A stretch of DNA of 64,000 nt from positions 22,500-86,499 of the forward strand of contig CALUZW010000005.1 of NCBI GenBank assembly GCA_944325415.1. The letters are read 5' to 3'. The translations under genes and the position numbers were made by a program. Below the pieces are notes generated by a model. That model ran no database searches. It saw only the letters and a program-made list of their open reading frames with translations, and was not told the DNA's origin. Origin of the DNA: an uncultured Bacteroidales bacterium (GTDB lineage Bacteria > Bacteroidota > Bacteroidia > Bacteroidales > UBA11471). Positions 42,059 through 53,053 of the stretch are shown one piece after another (position 1 is the first letter of the stretch; each line of letters opens with the position of its first letter).

Positions 42059-43558
42059 ATGACATCTTTCAAGAAAACGTTACTGGCCCTCGTTGCAGTG
42101 GCCGGAGTAAGTTCGGGCGTAAGCATCGCCTTGTTCTCGGCCATGCAGGAGAAGAGTGAGCCCATATCGCTCAACGGCGAAAGCGTCACCACTGCCTACG
42201 CCACCCCCACCACCTTCACACCCGTCGTCTCACGGCCGGCCGTAGAAACAGACTTCACCCAGGCTGCCGCCAGCACGGTAAATGCCGTAGTAAGTATCAA
42301 GTCGACCACCATGCAGCAGCAACGTCCATCGTGCAGCATGGAAGAGGAATTCTTCAAATATTTCTTCGGACAGGGACGCCGCGACTACACCCCGCAACCA
42401 CGCGTAGGCATGGGCTCGGGCGTCATCATTTCGGAAGACGGATATATCGTTACCAACAATCACGTCATCGAACAGGCCGACAAGATAGAGGTTACCCTCA
42501 ACGACAAACGCTCGTTCGAGGCCACACTCATAGGCAGCGACCCGATTACCGACCTGGCCCTGCTGAAAATCGACGCCGAGAAACTGCCCATCGTGCGCTT
42601 TGGCGACTCCGACAAGTTGCAGGTAGGCGAGTGGGTACTGGCCGTGGGCAACCCGTTCCAGCTCAACTCCACCGTCACGGCAGGAATCGTGAGTGCTAAG
42701 TCGCGTAACCTCGGCATGATTGCCCCGAGCAATCGCATGGGCATTGAATCGTTTATCCAGACCGATGCTGCCGTCAATCCCGGCAACAGTGGCGGCGCCC
42801 TGGTAAACACCGCCGGCGAACTGGTAGGCATCAACACGGCCATCTACTCCGAGACGGGCAACTATGCCGGTTACTCCTTTGCCATACCCACCAGCATCGT
42901 GAGCAAGGTCATTACCGACCTGAAACAATACGGCACCGTGCAACGGGCCATGCTCGGCGTCTCCATCATGGAGATGAACGACCAACTGGCCAAGGAAAAG
43001 AATATCGAACTGCGCAAAGGGGTATATGTAGCCGAGGTGAGCGAGCGTAGTGCCGCCATGGAAGCCGGCCTTGAAACCGGCGACGTGATTGTGGCCATCA
43101 ACGGCGTAGCCACCCCCACCGTGGCCATTCTGCAAGAACAGATAGCCCGCTACCGTCCCGGCGACAAGATAAAGATCGAATTCTTCCGCGGTAAAGACAA
43201 GAAGCAGGCCGACTCCGTACTCAAAAACAGCGACGGCAACACCGAGGTAACCAAAGCCTCGAACATCGACATGCTGGGTGCCACCCTCAAAGAGGCTAGC
43301 GACGAGCTGAGAAACAAACTGCGCATACGCGGCGGTGTAGAAGTGACCAAAGTCAAAGAGGGTCAGTTCAAGAAGGCCGGCATACGCGACGGATTTGTAA
43401 TACTCGACATCAACGGTGAGAGAATCATGAACGTGAAAAATGTCGAAGCCGTGTTCCAGGCTCTCATGCGTGGCGACACACGAGACAAAGTAATGTTTAT
43501 CAAAGGTTTGTATCCCAACGGACGGGCCGCCTACTACGCCGTTCCCCTCGTCGACTAA
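42059..43558 (+). CDS. htrA: Do/HtrA family periplasmic serine endopeptidase with two PDZ domains
   Basis: 499-aa ORF with TNNHV (His), DLALLKI (Asp) and GNSGGALVN (Ser) catalytic blocks, plus PDZ-like C-terminal repeats. Confidence 0.9.
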   Translation: MTSFKKTLLALVAVAGVSSGVSIALFSAMQEKSEPISLNGESVTTAYATPTTFTPVVSRPAVETDFTQAAASTVNAVVSIKSTTMQQQRPSCSMEEEFFKYFFGQGRRDYTPQPRVGMGSGVIISEDGYIVTNNHVIEQADKIEVTLNDKRSFEATLIGSDPITDLALLKIDAEKLPIVRFGDSDKLQVGEWVLAVGNPFQLNSTVTAGIVSAKSRNLGMIAPSNRMGIESFIQTDAAVNPGNSGGALVNTAGELVGINTAIYSETGNYAGYSFAIPTSIVSKVITDLKQYGTVQRAMLGVSIMEMNDQLAKEKNIELRKGVYVAEVSERSAAMEAGLETGDVIVAINGVATPTVAILQEQIARYRPGDKIKIEFFRGKDKKQADSVLKNSDGNTEVTKASNIDMLGATLKEASDELRNKLRIRGGVEVTKVKEGQFKKAGIRDGFVILDINGERIMNVKNVEAVFQALMRGDTRDKVMFIKGLYPNGRAAYYAVPLVD

Positions 43559-43575
43559 ACCACCTGAAAAAGAAG

Positions 43576-43611
43576 CTGCCGGAGGCACACAATAAAATGA
43601 GCCTCCGGCAG
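43576..43611 (+). terminator. hairpin after htrA
   Basis: 11-bp stem ctgccggaggc / gcctccggcag with a 14-nt loop. The T tract is weak. Confidence 0.45.
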
Positions 43612-43678
43612 TTATCTATATGACAAGTTTTTTATTAAAAAATATGACAACGGGGAACATTATATGAGAGAAATATAT

Positions 43679-43686
43679 TATATTTG
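43679..43686 (+). promoter_or_regulatory. candidate -7 promoter box for rpoD
   Basis: tatatttg, 24 nt upstream of ATG 43710. Confidence 0.5.
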
Positions 43687-43709
43687 CGTCCCCAAATTTA
43701 TTCTGCGGA

Positions 43710-44570
43710 ATGAGACAATTAAAAATCACAAAATCAATCACCAACAGGGAGAGCGCATCTCTTGACAAATACTTGCAGGAAATAGGTCGTGAGGACTTGA
43801 TTTCGGTAGAAGAAGAGGTAGAGCTCGCCCAGCGCATCAAGAAAGGCGACCGTGCCGCTTTGGAAAAGCTCACACGCGCCAATCTGCGTTTTGTCGTCTC
43901 GGTAGCCAAACAGTACCAAAACCAGGGGCTCAGCCTGCCCGACCTTATCAACGAAGGCAATTTGGGACTGATAAAAGCCGCCGAGAAGTTCGATGAAACC
44001 CGCGGATTCAAATTTATTTCTTATGCCGTATGGTGGATTCGTCAGTCCATTCTTCAAGCATTGGCCGAGCAGTCGCGTATCGTTCGCTTGCCTTTGAACC
44101 AAGTCGGTTCGCTCAACAAAATCAGCAAAGCATTCTCCAAATTTGAACAAGAGAACGAACGCCGCCCCTCGCCCGAAGAATTGGCCAAAGAGCTGGACAT
44201 TCCCGTCGACAAAATCTCCGACACGATGAAAGTATCGGGCCGGCACATCTCGGTCGACGCGCCTTTTGTCGAAGGCGAAGACAACAGCCTGCTCGACGTC
44301 CTGGTCAATGACGACTCCCCCATCGCCGACCGCTCGCTCATAAACGAGTCGCTCGCCAAAGAAATAGACCGTGCGCTGGCCACTCTCACCGAACGCGAAA
44401 GCGACATCATCAAGATGTTCTTCGGCATAGGCTGTCAGGAAATGACGCTGGAAGAAATCGGCGACAAATTCGGTTTGACCCGTGAACGCGTACGTCAAAT
44501 CAAGGAAAAAGCCATTCGCCGCCTGCGTCAAAGCTCGCGCAGCAAGTTGCTCAAAACCTATTTGGGATAA
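43710..44570 (+). CDS. rpoD: primary RNA polymerase sigma factor (Bacteroidetes short SigA/RpoD)
   Basis: 286-aa ORF with region 2 ([17 protein letters not shown]...[18 protein letters not shown]...[13 protein letters not shown]) and region 4.2 ([28 protein letters not shown]). Confidence 0.95.
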   Translation: MRQLKITKSITNRESASLDKYLQEIGREDLISVEEEVELAQRIKKGDRAALEKLTRANLRFVVSVAKQYQNQGLSLPDLINEGNLGLIKAAEKFDETRGFKFISYAVWWIRQSILQALAEQSRIVRLPLNQVGSLNKISKAFSKFEQENERRPSPEELAKELDIPVDKISDTMKVSGRHISVDAPFVEGEDNSLLDVLVNDDSPIADRSLINESLAKEIDRALATLTERESDIIKMFFGIGCQEMTLEEIGDKFGLTRERVRQIKEKAIRRLRQSSRSKLLKTYLG

Positions 44571-44587
44571 CATTTTGATTGTTCATA

Positions 44588-44620
44588 ACGAAGGGCCGCT
44601 CCTCGGGAGCGGCCCTTCGT
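44588..44620. terminator. bidirectional hairpin between convergent genes
   Basis: Perfect 15-bp stem acgaagggccgctcc / ggagcggcccttcgt with a 3-nt loop. Confidence 0.75.
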
Positions 44621-44643
44621 CGTTTATATGATAAGCAGGGAAG

Positions 44644-46320
44644 CTACAATACCACCTTGCGGACGGTTCCGTTCACATTGACGATATACATTCCACCGAA
44701 GGGAAGGGATATTTCCATGCGTTTCCCCGTAGAGACACTCTCCTGCACGACGACCCCGTCGATCCGGCACACGACAATCGGTTCTCCCGGTGCCGACCCG
44801 TCGACCACAATACGCCCGCCGCTGGCATATACCTGTACGGCGGCACTCTCGACAGCCTCTACTCCCGTCGTCGACGGCAATACCGTTACCACACAAGTAT
44901 CGCACAAGTTGCTGCCGTCGGTAGTCCTTGCCGTAATAATGGCCGTTCCCGGTCCTTCGCCAAAGAAGCCATATCTCCTGTTCGACCAATGAGTCATCGT
45001 TACCCACGCCACCGACTCATCACTCGATGTCCACTCGATGTTCCGCACATACGAGGCATACTGCGGCAGGAGCTCACATGTATCCGCAAAAGAGCTACCA
45101 CACTCTATGGTTACAGAATCCTGTCCCAAAGAGAAGTATGTTGCCTGCTGGGCGATGTATATCACAGTGCATGTCGCCGACAGGTTGCTGCCATCGGTGG
45201 TACTCAGCCTGATTACAGCCGTATCGGAACCGATAGGGCCCTCGGGGTCGAATGCATATGCCCAACCACTGGCAGATATTTGACCTGTAGTAGAACCCGA
45301 TTCAAAAAAACTGATATCGAATTTTCCTTGATTTTCTACCTCATACGACAACTGAGGATAAGAGGCATTCTCTGGTGTTATCGTCCAATTGGCATAATAC
45401 TTATTCGGCATATCTCGAATGATAATAAGGGTATCGGGGTCTAGGGTGATCGATGTGATCGGTATCTCCACATAATCGGGATATACCGAATCGCGGATTG
45501 AAACAAAATTTCCCCACTCATCGGCCTGCCGATAAGCGTCGACCGAACCCTCGGGCACATATAGAATACCATAAGTGTTAGATTTTCCACTGAAAAGCAC
45601 TCCGTCGGGACTCCCCCGTAGATAAGCCGGTGGCTCTACGGCCAATGAATGAATTTCCATCAAATCGGAGCAAGAAGCAAAAGCATTATCGCCGATTGTT
45701 TTTACATTCTTCCCCAAAGTCAACTTTCTCAATCCACAGTTCTCAAAAGCATTATCGCCTATGCTCTCTACCCCGTCGGGTATGACGACCGAAAAAAGCC
45801 GTTCACAGTACCAAAAAGCATCGTAACCTATAGATGTAGTCTTCTCGGAAATCTTCACCGATTCCAAAGCGTAACACGAGCTAAACGTATGTTCATCGAT
45901 AAAAAACAAAGAAGAGAGATCGACCGACTTCAAAAGATCACAACTATTGAACGCATCGGCACCTATCTTCTTGACATTCTCGAGATTTATCGATACCAAC
46001 GAATCGCAACCCTGAAAAACTCTTTTCCCTATCGTCTGCAAACTCGGAGGCAATGTTACCGTTCGTATCGAGGTATTCCACGCGAAAACATCATCGCCAA
46101 TTTCTACCACCCGATAAGATTCTCCATATGCTTCGATATACTCGGGTATCTGCAAGTCTCGATCTTCTACCGGTCGGGTGCTTGTTTCGAGAACAGCGGT
46201 TCTTTCTCCGAAATCATCATAGAGAAGGTAATACCACCCATCGTCGATATACTCTTGCCCCCTAACAACTCCCAATGTGGCGAATAAGAGCATCGCCGCC
46301 AAAATCACACGTTTTCCCAT
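44644..46320 (-). CDS. BspA-type LRR + Ig-like (Big_2-like) surface protein with T9SS C-terminal sorting domain
   Basis: 558-aa ORF with a signal peptide. ~8 LRR units (..IG..AF..C..L.S..), two Ig-like segments (ITSITLDPDTL..., VTIECGSSF...), and a CTD AAVQVYASGGRIVVDGSAPGEPIVVCRIDGVVV...MYIVNVNGTVRKVVL. Confidence 0.85.
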   Translation of the reverse strand: MGKRVILAAMLLFATLGVVRGQEYIDDGWYYLLYDDFGERTAVLETSTRPVEDRDLQIPEYIEAYGESYRVVEIGDDVFAWNTSIRTVTLPPSLQTIGKRVFQGCDSLVSINLENVKKIGADAFNSCDLLKSVDLSSLFFIDEHTFSSCYALESVKISEKTTSIGYDAFWYCERLFSVVIPDGVESIGDNAFENCGLRKLTLGKNVKTIGDNAFASCSDLMEIHSLAVEPPAYLRGSPDGVLFSGKSNTYGILYVPEGSVDAYRQADEWGNFVSIRDSVYPDYVEIPITSITLDPDTLIIIRDMPNKYYANWTITPENASYPQLSYEVENQGKFDISFFESGSTTGQISASGWAYAFDPEGPIGSDTAVIRLSTTDGSNLSATCTVIYIAQQATYFSLGQDSVTIECGSSFADTCELLPQYASYVRNIEWTSSDESVAWVTMTHWSNRRYGFFGEGPGTAIITARTTDGSNLCDTCVVTVLPSTTGVEAVESAAVQVYASGGRIVVDGSAPGEPIVVCRIDGVVVQESVSTGKRMEISLPFGGMYIVNVNGTVRKVVL

Positions 46321-46559
46321 ACATCATATTTTTAGGTGTTCCTCATGAATGCCGGAAAGTTATAAAACAAAACCGAAAAATCCCAACTTTTTACGCCACA
46401 ATTACAAGAGAGAATCTGACTTCGGGACGGGAATATATACAAAACGATTTTTAGGGCGATTCTTTATGATTTAATATTATGCAATCTTCCACAGATAATA
46501 ATTCGTAAAAGCAAACTCAAAAAATATTTCATTCTATTTGCAAAATCAAAAATAATCGC

Positions 46560-46567
46560 TACATTTG
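46560..46567 (+). promoter_or_regulatory. candidate -7 promoter box for the leu operon leader
   Basis: tacatttg, 31 nt upstream of the leader-peptide ATG (46598). Confidence 0.5.
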
Positions 46568-46597
46568 CAGCCGAAATACAAAAATCGACTGCTACTC

Positions 46598-46675
46598 ATG
46601 CGCGACTTCCGACTTGACAACCTACGAATTATTATTCTACCGAAAACTTCGATGGACGGTGAGCCGGTGCGCTAA
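46598..46675 (+). CDS. candidate leu-operon leader peptide (25 codons)
   Basis: MRDFRLDNLRIIILPKTSMDGEPVR*. The core is CTA CGA ATT ATT ATT CTA (L R I I I L). The CTA Leu codon is used twice here but never in the ~960 codons of leuA+leuC. Confidence 0.5.
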   Translation: MRDFRLDNLRIIILPKTSMDGEPVR

Positions 46676-46698
46676 AATGTAGAAATGAACCCATATAG

Positions 46699-46739
46699 AA
46701 ACCTTTCTCACACGTCCTTGTGCAGAAAGGTTTTTTTTT
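46699..46739 (+). terminator. leader terminator (attenuator) upstream of leuA
   Basis: aaacctttct / agaaaggttt 10-bp stem (plus inner caca/tgtg pairs) followed by nine T. It ends 28 nt before the leuA ATG. Confidence 0.7.
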
Positions 46740-46766
46740 GAGAACAAACGAAAACAACATATTACC

Positions 46767-48263
46767 ATGTCTGAGAAATTATACATTTTCGATACAACCC
46801 TGCGCGACGGCGAACAAGTGCCGGGTTGTCAGCTCAACACCGTTGAGAAAATAGAGGTGGCCAGGGCGCTCGAAGCGCTGGGCGTAGACATTATCGAGGC
46901 AGGATTTCCTGTATCGAGCCCGGGCGACTTCAACTCGGTCGTAACCATCTCCAAGGCGGTAACGTGGCCCACCATCTGCGCCTTGACCCGCGCCAATGAA
47001 AACGACATAAAGGTGGCTGCCGAGGCTTTGCAGTATGCCAAGCACAAACGGATACACACAGGTATCGGCACCTCGGACTACCACATCAAATACAAATTCA
47101 ACTCCACCCGAGAGGAGATTATCGAACGGGCCGTCGCTGCTGTAAAATATGCCAAGAAATATGTCGAAGACGTAGAGTTCTACGCCGAAGACGCAGGCCG
47201 CACCGACAATGAATACCTGGCCCGTGTTGTCGAGGCTGTCATCAAAGCCGGTGCTACGGTGGTGAACATTCCCGACACGACGGGTTACTGTCTGCCCGAG
47301 GAATTCGGCCGCAAGATACGGTTCCTCAAAGAGAATGTCAAAGGCATCGACAAGGCCATCATCGCCACCCACTGCCACAACGACTTGGGCATGGCCACGG
47401 CCAACACCATATCGGGTATTCTCAACGGGGCACGTCAGGCCGAGGTAACCATCAACGGTATCGGCGAACGCGCCGGCAACACCTCGCTCGAAGAGGTGGC
47501 CATGATATTCAAAAGCCACAAGGAGCTCGACATCGAAACCAACATCAACACGCAAAAGATTTACAGCACCAGCCGACTGGTATCGAGCCTCATGAGTATG
47601 CCGGTACAACCCAACAAGGCCATCGTAGGGCGCAACGCCTTTGCCCACTCGTCGGGCATACATCAGGACGGGGTGCTCAAAAACCGCGAGAACTACGAAA
47701 TCATCGACCCGCGCGACGTAGGCATCGACGAAAACTCGATTGTACTCACCGCCCGCAGCGGCCGCGCCGCACTGAAACACCGTCTGCACATTTTGGGCGT
47801 GGAACTCGACAAGAAGGGGCTCGACAAGGCGTATGAAGATTTCCTGAAACTGGCCGACCGCAAAAAAGACATCAACGACGACGATCTGCTCATGCTCGTG
47901 GGTAAGGCGCGCTCGGAAAATGCCCGCATCACGCTCGACTATCTGCAAGTAACATCGGGAGTCGGCGTACGCTCGGTGGCCAGCGTCGGTCTGCTCATTG
48001 CCGGCGAGCGCTTCGAGGCGGCAGCCACGGGCAACGGTCCTGTCGACGCTGCCATCAAGGCCGTAAAACAGATTATTCACCGACAGATGACCATTCAGGA
48101 GTTCCTTATCCAGGCCATCACCAAAGGCAGCGACGACGTGGGCAAGGTACACATGGCCGTAGCTCACGACGGCGTTCACTACAACGGATTCGCCGCCAAT
48201 ACCGATATCGTGGCAGCATCGGTCGAGGCCTTCATCGACGCCATCAACAAATTTGTACATTAA
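46767..48263 (+). CDS. leuA: 2-isopropylmalate synthase
   Basis: 498-aa ORF with [24 protein letters not shown], the HxH(D) metal site and a C-terminal LeuA dimerisation/regulatory domain. Confidence 0.93.
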   Translation: MSEKLYIFDTTLRDGEQVPGCQLNTVEKIEVARALEALGVDIIEAGFPVSSPGDFNSVVTISKAVTWPTICALTRANENDIKVAAEALQYAKHKRIHTGIGTSDYHIKYKFNSTREEIIERAVAAVKYAKKYVEDVEFYAEDAGRTDNEYLARVVEAVIKAGATVVNIPDTTGYCLPEEFGRKIRFLKENVKGIDKAIIATHCHNDLGMATANTISGILNGARQAEVTINGIGERAGNTSLEEVAMIFKSHKELDIETNINTQKIYSTSRLVSSLMSMPVQPNKAIVGRNAFAHSSGIHQDGVLKNRENYEIIDPRDVGIDENSIVLTARSGRAALKHRLHILGVELDKKGLDKAYEDFLKLADRKKDINDDDLLMLVGKARSENARITLDYLQVTSGVGVRSVASVGLLIAGERFEAAATGNGPVDAAIKAVKQIIHRQMTIQEFLIQAITKGSDDVGKVHMAVAHDGVHYNGFAANTDIVAASVEAFIDAINKFVH

Positions 48264-48293
48264 TATTTGTTTCTCTTTCAAACAATATAGGTT

Positions 48294-49688
48294 ATGAATA
48301 CACTTTTCGACAAAATATGGGACGCTCACGTCGTACAGAAAATCGAAGACGGACCTACCCAACTCTACATCGACCGGCTCTACTGCCATGAAGTAACCAG
48401 CCCCCAGGCTTTCGACGGACTGCGTGCACGCGGACTGAAATGTTTCCGTCCGGGACAGATATTCTGCATGCCCGACCACAACACCCCCACCCATGACCAG
48501 GACAAGCCCATCGAAGACCCCGTGTCGCGCAAACAGGTCGACACGCTGGCCCGTAACGCCGAGGAGTTCGGGCTCACCCACTTCGGCATGCTCAATCCCC
48601 GAAACGGTATCATTCATGTCGTAGGGCCCGAACGCGGACTCACCCTGCCCGGCATGACCATCGTGTGCGGCGACTCCCACACCTCGACCCACGGAGCGAT
48701 GGGCGCCATCGCATTCGGCATCGGCACCAGCGAAGTCGAAATGGTACTGGCCACACAGTGTATCCTGCAATCGCGCCCCAAGACCATGCGCATCACCATA
48801 GACGGCACCCTGGGTAAAGGCGTCACGGCCAAGGACATGGCCCTGTATCTCATGTCGAAAATCACCACCAGCGGTGCCACCGGGTACTTTATCGAATATG
48901 CCGGCGAAGCCGTGCGCAGCCTCTCGATGGAAGGCCGCCTCACCCTGTGCAACCTGAGTATCGAAATGGGTGCCCGCGGCGGCATGATAGCCCCCGACGA
49001 GACCACCTTTGCCTACATCAAGGGCCGCGAACATGCACCCAAGGGCGAAGACTGGGACAAGGCGGTGGCCTACTGGAAAACGCTCAAAAGCGACGACGAT
49101 GCCACTTTCGACAAGGAACTGCGCTACGATGCCGCCGACATAGAACCGATGATTACCTACGGAACCAACCCCGGCATGGGTATCGCCATCACCGCCCACA
49201 TACCGACCACCGACGGCATGAGCGAGGTAGAAAAGGGCTCTTTCATGAAATCGTTGCAATACATGGGCTTCGAGCCGGGAGAGTCGCTGCTGGGAAAAGC
49301 GGTAGACTATGTATTCCTCGGCGCCTGCACCAACGGCCGCATCGAAGACTTCCGGGCCTTTGCCTCGCTGGTCAAAGGCCGTAAAAAGGCCGACCACATC
49401 GTAGCCTGGCTGGTACCGGGCTCCTGGATGGTCGACGCACAGATACGCGAAGAGGGTATCGACAAGATACTGCACGAGGCCGGATTCGAGATACGCCAAC
49501 CGGGTTGCTCGGCCTGTCTGGCCATGAACGACGACAAGGTGCCGGCCGGGAAATATGCCGTATCGACCAGCAACCGCAACTTCGAAGGCCGTCAGGGCCC
49601 CGGCTCCCGCACCCTGCTGGCCAGCCCGCTGGTAGCCGCTGCTGCCGCCGTAACCGGTGTAATCACCGACCCCAGAACGCTGATGTAA
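48294..49688 (+). CDS. leuC: 3-isopropylmalate dehydratase large subunit
   Basis: 464-aa aconitase-family ORF with VCGDSHT, GACTNGR and NRNFEGRQG Fe-S ligand blocks. Confidence 0.95.
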   Translation: MNTLFDKIWDAHVVQKIEDGPTQLYIDRLYCHEVTSPQAFDGLRARGLKCFRPGQIFCMPDHNTPTHDQDKPIEDPVSRKQVDTLARNAEEFGLTHFGMLNPRNGIIHVVGPERGLTLPGMTIVCGDSHTSTHGAMGAIAFGIGTSEVEMVLATQCILQSRPKTMRITIDGTLGKGVTAKDMALYLMSKITTSGATGYFIEYAGEAVRSLSMEGRLTLCNLSIEMGARGGMIAPDETTFAYIKGREHAPKGEDWDKAVAYWKTLKSDDDATFDKELRYDAADIEPMITYGTNPGMGIAITAHIPTTDGMSEVEKGSFMKSLQYMGFEPGESLLGKAVDYVFLGACTNGRIEDFRAFASLVKGRKKADHIVAWLVPGSWMVDAQIREEGIDKILHEAGFEIRQPGCSACLAMNDDKVPAGKYAVSTSNRNFEGRQGPGSRTLLASPLVAAAAAVTGVITDPRTLM

Positions 49689-49707
49689 ACGACAAATGCA
49701 AACGATT

Positions 49708-50301
49708 ATGAAACAGAAATTCAACATACTGACAAGCACCTGCATACCTCTCCCCCTCGAAAACGTAGATACCGACCAAATCATTCCGGCCCGTTTTCTC
49801 AAAGCAACCACCCGCGAAGGATTCGGAGAGAACCTGTTCCGCGACTGGCGCTACAACCCCGACGGCTCTGTCAATAAAGATTTCGTACTCAACGACCCCA
49901 CATACAGCGGCGAAATACTGGTCGCCGGGAAGAATTTCGGTTCGGGCTCAAGCCGTGAACACGCCGCCTGGGCCATTGCCGACTACGGCTTCCGCGTAGT
50001 GGTATCGAGTTTCTTTGCCGACATACACAAGAACAACGAACTCAACAACTTCGTACTCCCTGTCGTAGTGAGCGAGTCGTTCCTGAAAGAGCTGTTCGAC
50101 ACCATCTTTGCCAACCCCAAAGCCGAGGTCGAGGTGAATCTGCCCGAGCAGACCATCACCAACAAAGCCACAGGACGGAGCGAACATTTTGAAATCAACG
50201 CCTACAAGAAACACTGCCTCATGAACGGCCTCGACGACATCGACTACCTGCTGAGCCAGAAAGCCGAAACCGAGTCGTGGGAACAGAACCATAACCGTTG
50301 A
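49708..50301 (+). CDS. leuD: 3-isopropylmalate dehydratase small subunit
   Basis: [32 protein letters not shown]..., [16 protein letters not shown] 49708 is preferred over 49696. Confidence 0.93.
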   Translation: MKQKFNILTSTCIPLPLENVDTDQIIPARFLKATTREGFGENLFRDWRYNPDGSVNKDFVLNDPTYSGEILVAGKNFGSGSSREHAAWAIADYGFRVVVSSFFADIHKNNELNNFVLPVVVSESFLKELFDTIFANPKAEVEVNLPEQTITNKATGRSEHFEINAYKKHCLMNGLDDIDYLLSQKAETESWEQNHNR

Positions 50302-50305
50302 GGCC

Positions 50306-51823
50306 ATGCGCATAGAGATATTAGATACCACCCTGCGCGACGGTGAGCAGACATCGGGTGTCTCGTTTGCCCCGCAGGAGAAACTGAGCATCGCCCGCCT
50401 GCTGCTCTCGGAGTTGCACGTCGACCGCATAGAGATAGCCTCGGCCCGTGTCTCCGAAGGGGAGTTTCAGTCGGTGAGCCAGGTATGTGCCTGGGCCGAG
50501 AAGCAGGGCTTTCTCGACCGGATAGAGATTCTCGGATTCATCGACCGGGGCATCTCCACCCGCTGGATAAAAAAAGCCGGCGGAAGCATCATCAACCTCC
50601 TGTGCAAAGGCTCGCTGCGCCACTGCCGCGAACAGTTGAAAAAAAGCCCCGAAGAGCATATAGCCGACATCCGTGCCGAAATATCCCTCGCCCGTGAGAA
50701 CGGCCTGCGGGTAAACATCTACCTCGAAGACTGGTCAAACGGCATGATACACTCGCCCGAGTATGTCTACCAACTGATGGATGCCCTCCACGGCGAAGAA
50801 ATAGAACACTTCATGTTGCCCGATACGCTGGGCATACTCAATCCCTATCAGTGTTTCGAATTCTGTGCCGCCATGAAAGAGCGCTATCCCGACTGCCGGT
50901 TCGACTTTCACGGGCACAACGACTACGACCTGGCCATTGCCAATGTCTACTCGGCCGTAAAGGCCGGCATACAGGGCATACACTGTACCATCAACGGACT
51001 TGGCGAACGGGCCGGCAATGCTCCGCTTTCGAGCGTACTGGCCGTCATACACGACCAGCTCAAATGCCAGACAGGCATCGACGAAAAGAAAATAAACCAG
51101 GTGAGCCGCGTGGTTGAGTCGTACTCGGGCGTGCGCATTCCGGCCAACAAGCCGGTCATCGGTGAGTATGTCTTCACCCAATGTGCCGGCGTACACGCCG
51201 ACGGCGACAGCAAAAGCAACCTCTACTACAACGACCTGCTGCCCGAACGCTTCGGCCGCACCCGCGAATATGCCCTGGGCAAAACGTCGGGCAAAGCCAA
51301 CATACGGAAAAACCTCGAAGCACTCGGCATAGAACTCGACGAGGAGTCGATGCGCAAGGTAACCGACCGCATCATCGCCCTCGGCGACAAAAAAGAGCAG
51401 GTTACCCAGGAAGACCTGCCCTACATCATCTCCGACGTGCTGAAACACGACACCAAGGACCAGAAGATAAGGCTGCTCAATTACTCGCTGGCCCTGGCGC
51501 AGGGGTTGCACCCGGTAGCCGTGGTGAAGATAGAGATACACGGTAAGCAGTATGAACAGACGGCTACGGGCGACGGACAGTACGACGCCTTTGTGAAAGC
51601 CGTGCGCACCATCTACAAGCAACAGCTGGGCCGGGAATTTCCGATGCTCGCCAACTACACGGTCGACATTCCCCCCGGTGGCCGCACCGACGCTTTTGTA
51701 CAGACCGTCATTACCTGGAACTACCACGGCCATACCTTCAAAACCCGGGGCCTCGATGCCGACCAGACCGAAGCCGCCATACAGGCCACGGTGAAAATGC
51801 TGAATCAAATCGAAAATCTATAA
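50306..51823 (+). CDS. cimA: (R)-citramalate synthase-like IPMS/HCS family enzyme
   Basis: 505-aa ORF with [23 protein letters not shown] and a C-terminal LeuA-dimer-type domain. It is a second, divergent synthase inside the leu operon, and the citramalate assignment rests on that arrangement. Confidence 0.7.
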   Translation: MRIEILDTTLRDGEQTSGVSFAPQEKLSIARLLLSELHVDRIEIASARVSEGEFQSVSQVCAWAEKQGFLDRIEILGFIDRGISTRWIKKAGGSIINLLCKGSLRHCREQLKKSPEEHIADIRAEISLARENGLRVNIYLEDWSNGMIHSPEYVYQLMDALHGEEIEHFMLPDTLGILNPYQCFEFCAAMKERYPDCRFDFHGHNDYDLAIANVYSAVKAGIQGIHCTINGLGERAGNAPLSSVLAVIHDQLKCQTGIDEKKINQVSRVVESYSGVRIPANKPVIGEYVFTQCAGVHADGDSKSNLYYNDLLPERFGRTREYALGKTSGKANIRKNLEALGIELDEESMRKVTDRIIALGDKKEQVTQEDLPYIISDVLKHDTKDQKIRLLNYSLALAQGLHPVAVVKIEIHGKQYEQTATGDGQYDAFVKAVRTIYKQQLGREFPMLANYTVDIPPGGRTDAFVQTVITWNYHGHTFKTRGLDADQTEAAIQATVKMLNQIENL

Positions 51824-51843
51824 AACAACAAAAACTCTCGTAT

Positions 51844-52917
51844 ATGAAACTGAAAATCGCCGTACTGCCGGGCGACGGCATAGGTCCCGAAATCGTGGGA
51901 CAAGCCCTGCAAGTAACCGAAGCCGTGTGCAAACGTTTCGGACATGAACTGACTCATCAGCACGCATGGGTGGGTGCCTGCGCCATCGACCGCTGCGGAA
52001 ACCCCTATCCCGAAGAGACCCATCGGTTGTGCATGGAGTCTGATGCCGTACTGTTCGGAGCCATCGGCGACCCCAAATACGACAACAACCCCACCGCCAA
52101 GGTTCGTCCCGAACAGGGTCTGTTGGGAATGCGCAAGCAACTGGGTCTCTATGCCAACATACGTCCCGTAACCACCTTTGCCTCGCTGCTGCACAAGTCG
52201 CCGCTGCGCCGCGACATCGTCGAAGGCACCGACCTGATGTGTATTCGCGAACTTACCGGAGGTCTCTACTTCGGCCGCCCGCAAGGACGCAGCGAAGACG
52301 GCAACGTAGCCTATGACACCTGCGTATACAGCCGCGAAGAGGTAGAGCGTATCGTGCGTCTGGCCTACAAATATGCTCGCCAGCGCCGTCAAAAAGTAAC
52401 CGTGGTCGACAAGGCCAACGTACTCTGCACCTCGCGCTTGTGGAGAGAAGTGGCTCAGGAAATCGCCAAAGAAAACGCCGACATCACCACCGAATATATG
52501 TTTGTCGACAATGCAGCCATGCAGCTCGTACAGTTCCCGAGCCGCTTCGATGTCATCGTTACCGAAAACATGTTTGGCGACATACTCACCGACGAAGCCT
52601 CGGTCATCACCGGCTCGCTGGGTATGCTCCCCTCGGCCTCGGTAGGACTGCACACCTCGGTCTTCGAGCCCATACACGGCTCCTACCCGCAGGCTGCCGG
52701 AAAAGACATCGCCAACCCGGTTGCCACCATTCTCTCGGCCGCACTCATGTTTGAATATGCTTTCGGTCTCATGGAAGAGGGTGCTGCCATACGGCGCGCC
52801 GTTGCCGCTTCGCTCGAAGCCGGCGTCGTTACCGAAGACATCTGCGGCGAAGGGAAAGCCTATAAATGTTCCGAAGTGGGCCGATGGATTACCGATTACA
52901 TCGCCCAGGGAAAATAA
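51844..52917 (+). CDS. leuB: 3-isopropylmalate dehydrogenase
   Basis: 357-aa ORF with [23 protein letters not shown] and [10 protein letters not shown] signatures. Confidence 0.95.
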   Translation: MKLKIAVLPGDGIGPEIVGQALQVTEAVCKRFGHELTHQHAWVGACAIDRCGNPYPEETHRLCMESDAVLFGAIGDPKYDNNPTAKVRPEQGLLGMRKQLGLYANIRPVTTFASLLHKSPLRRDIVEGTDLMCIRELTGGLYFGRPQGRSEDGNVAYDTCVYSREEVERIVRLAYKYARQRRQKVTVVDKANVLCTSRLWREVAQEIAKENADITTEYMFVDNAAMQLVQFPSRFDVIVTENMFGDILTDEASVITGSLGMLPSASVGLHTSVFEPIHGSYPQAAGKDIANPVATILSAALMFEYAFGLMEEGAAIRRAVAASLEAGVVTEDICGEGKAYKCSEVGRWITDYIAQGK

Positions 52918-52936
52918 CTCTCTCTATGCAATGAGC

Positions 52937-52971
52937 AAAAGCCGTACACACGCAAGGTGTGTACGGCTTTT
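52937..52971. terminator. bidirectional hairpin between convergent genes
   Basis: Perfect 15-bp stem aaaagccgtacacac / gtgtgtacggctttt. Confidence 0.8.
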
Positions 52972-53053
52972 GTCATTTTGTAACCGTCCGCAGGACCGGC
53001 ATCTGCCCAGTCGCGTAGGCGGGAGCAGATGGCTCGGACCCGAAAGACAACAG

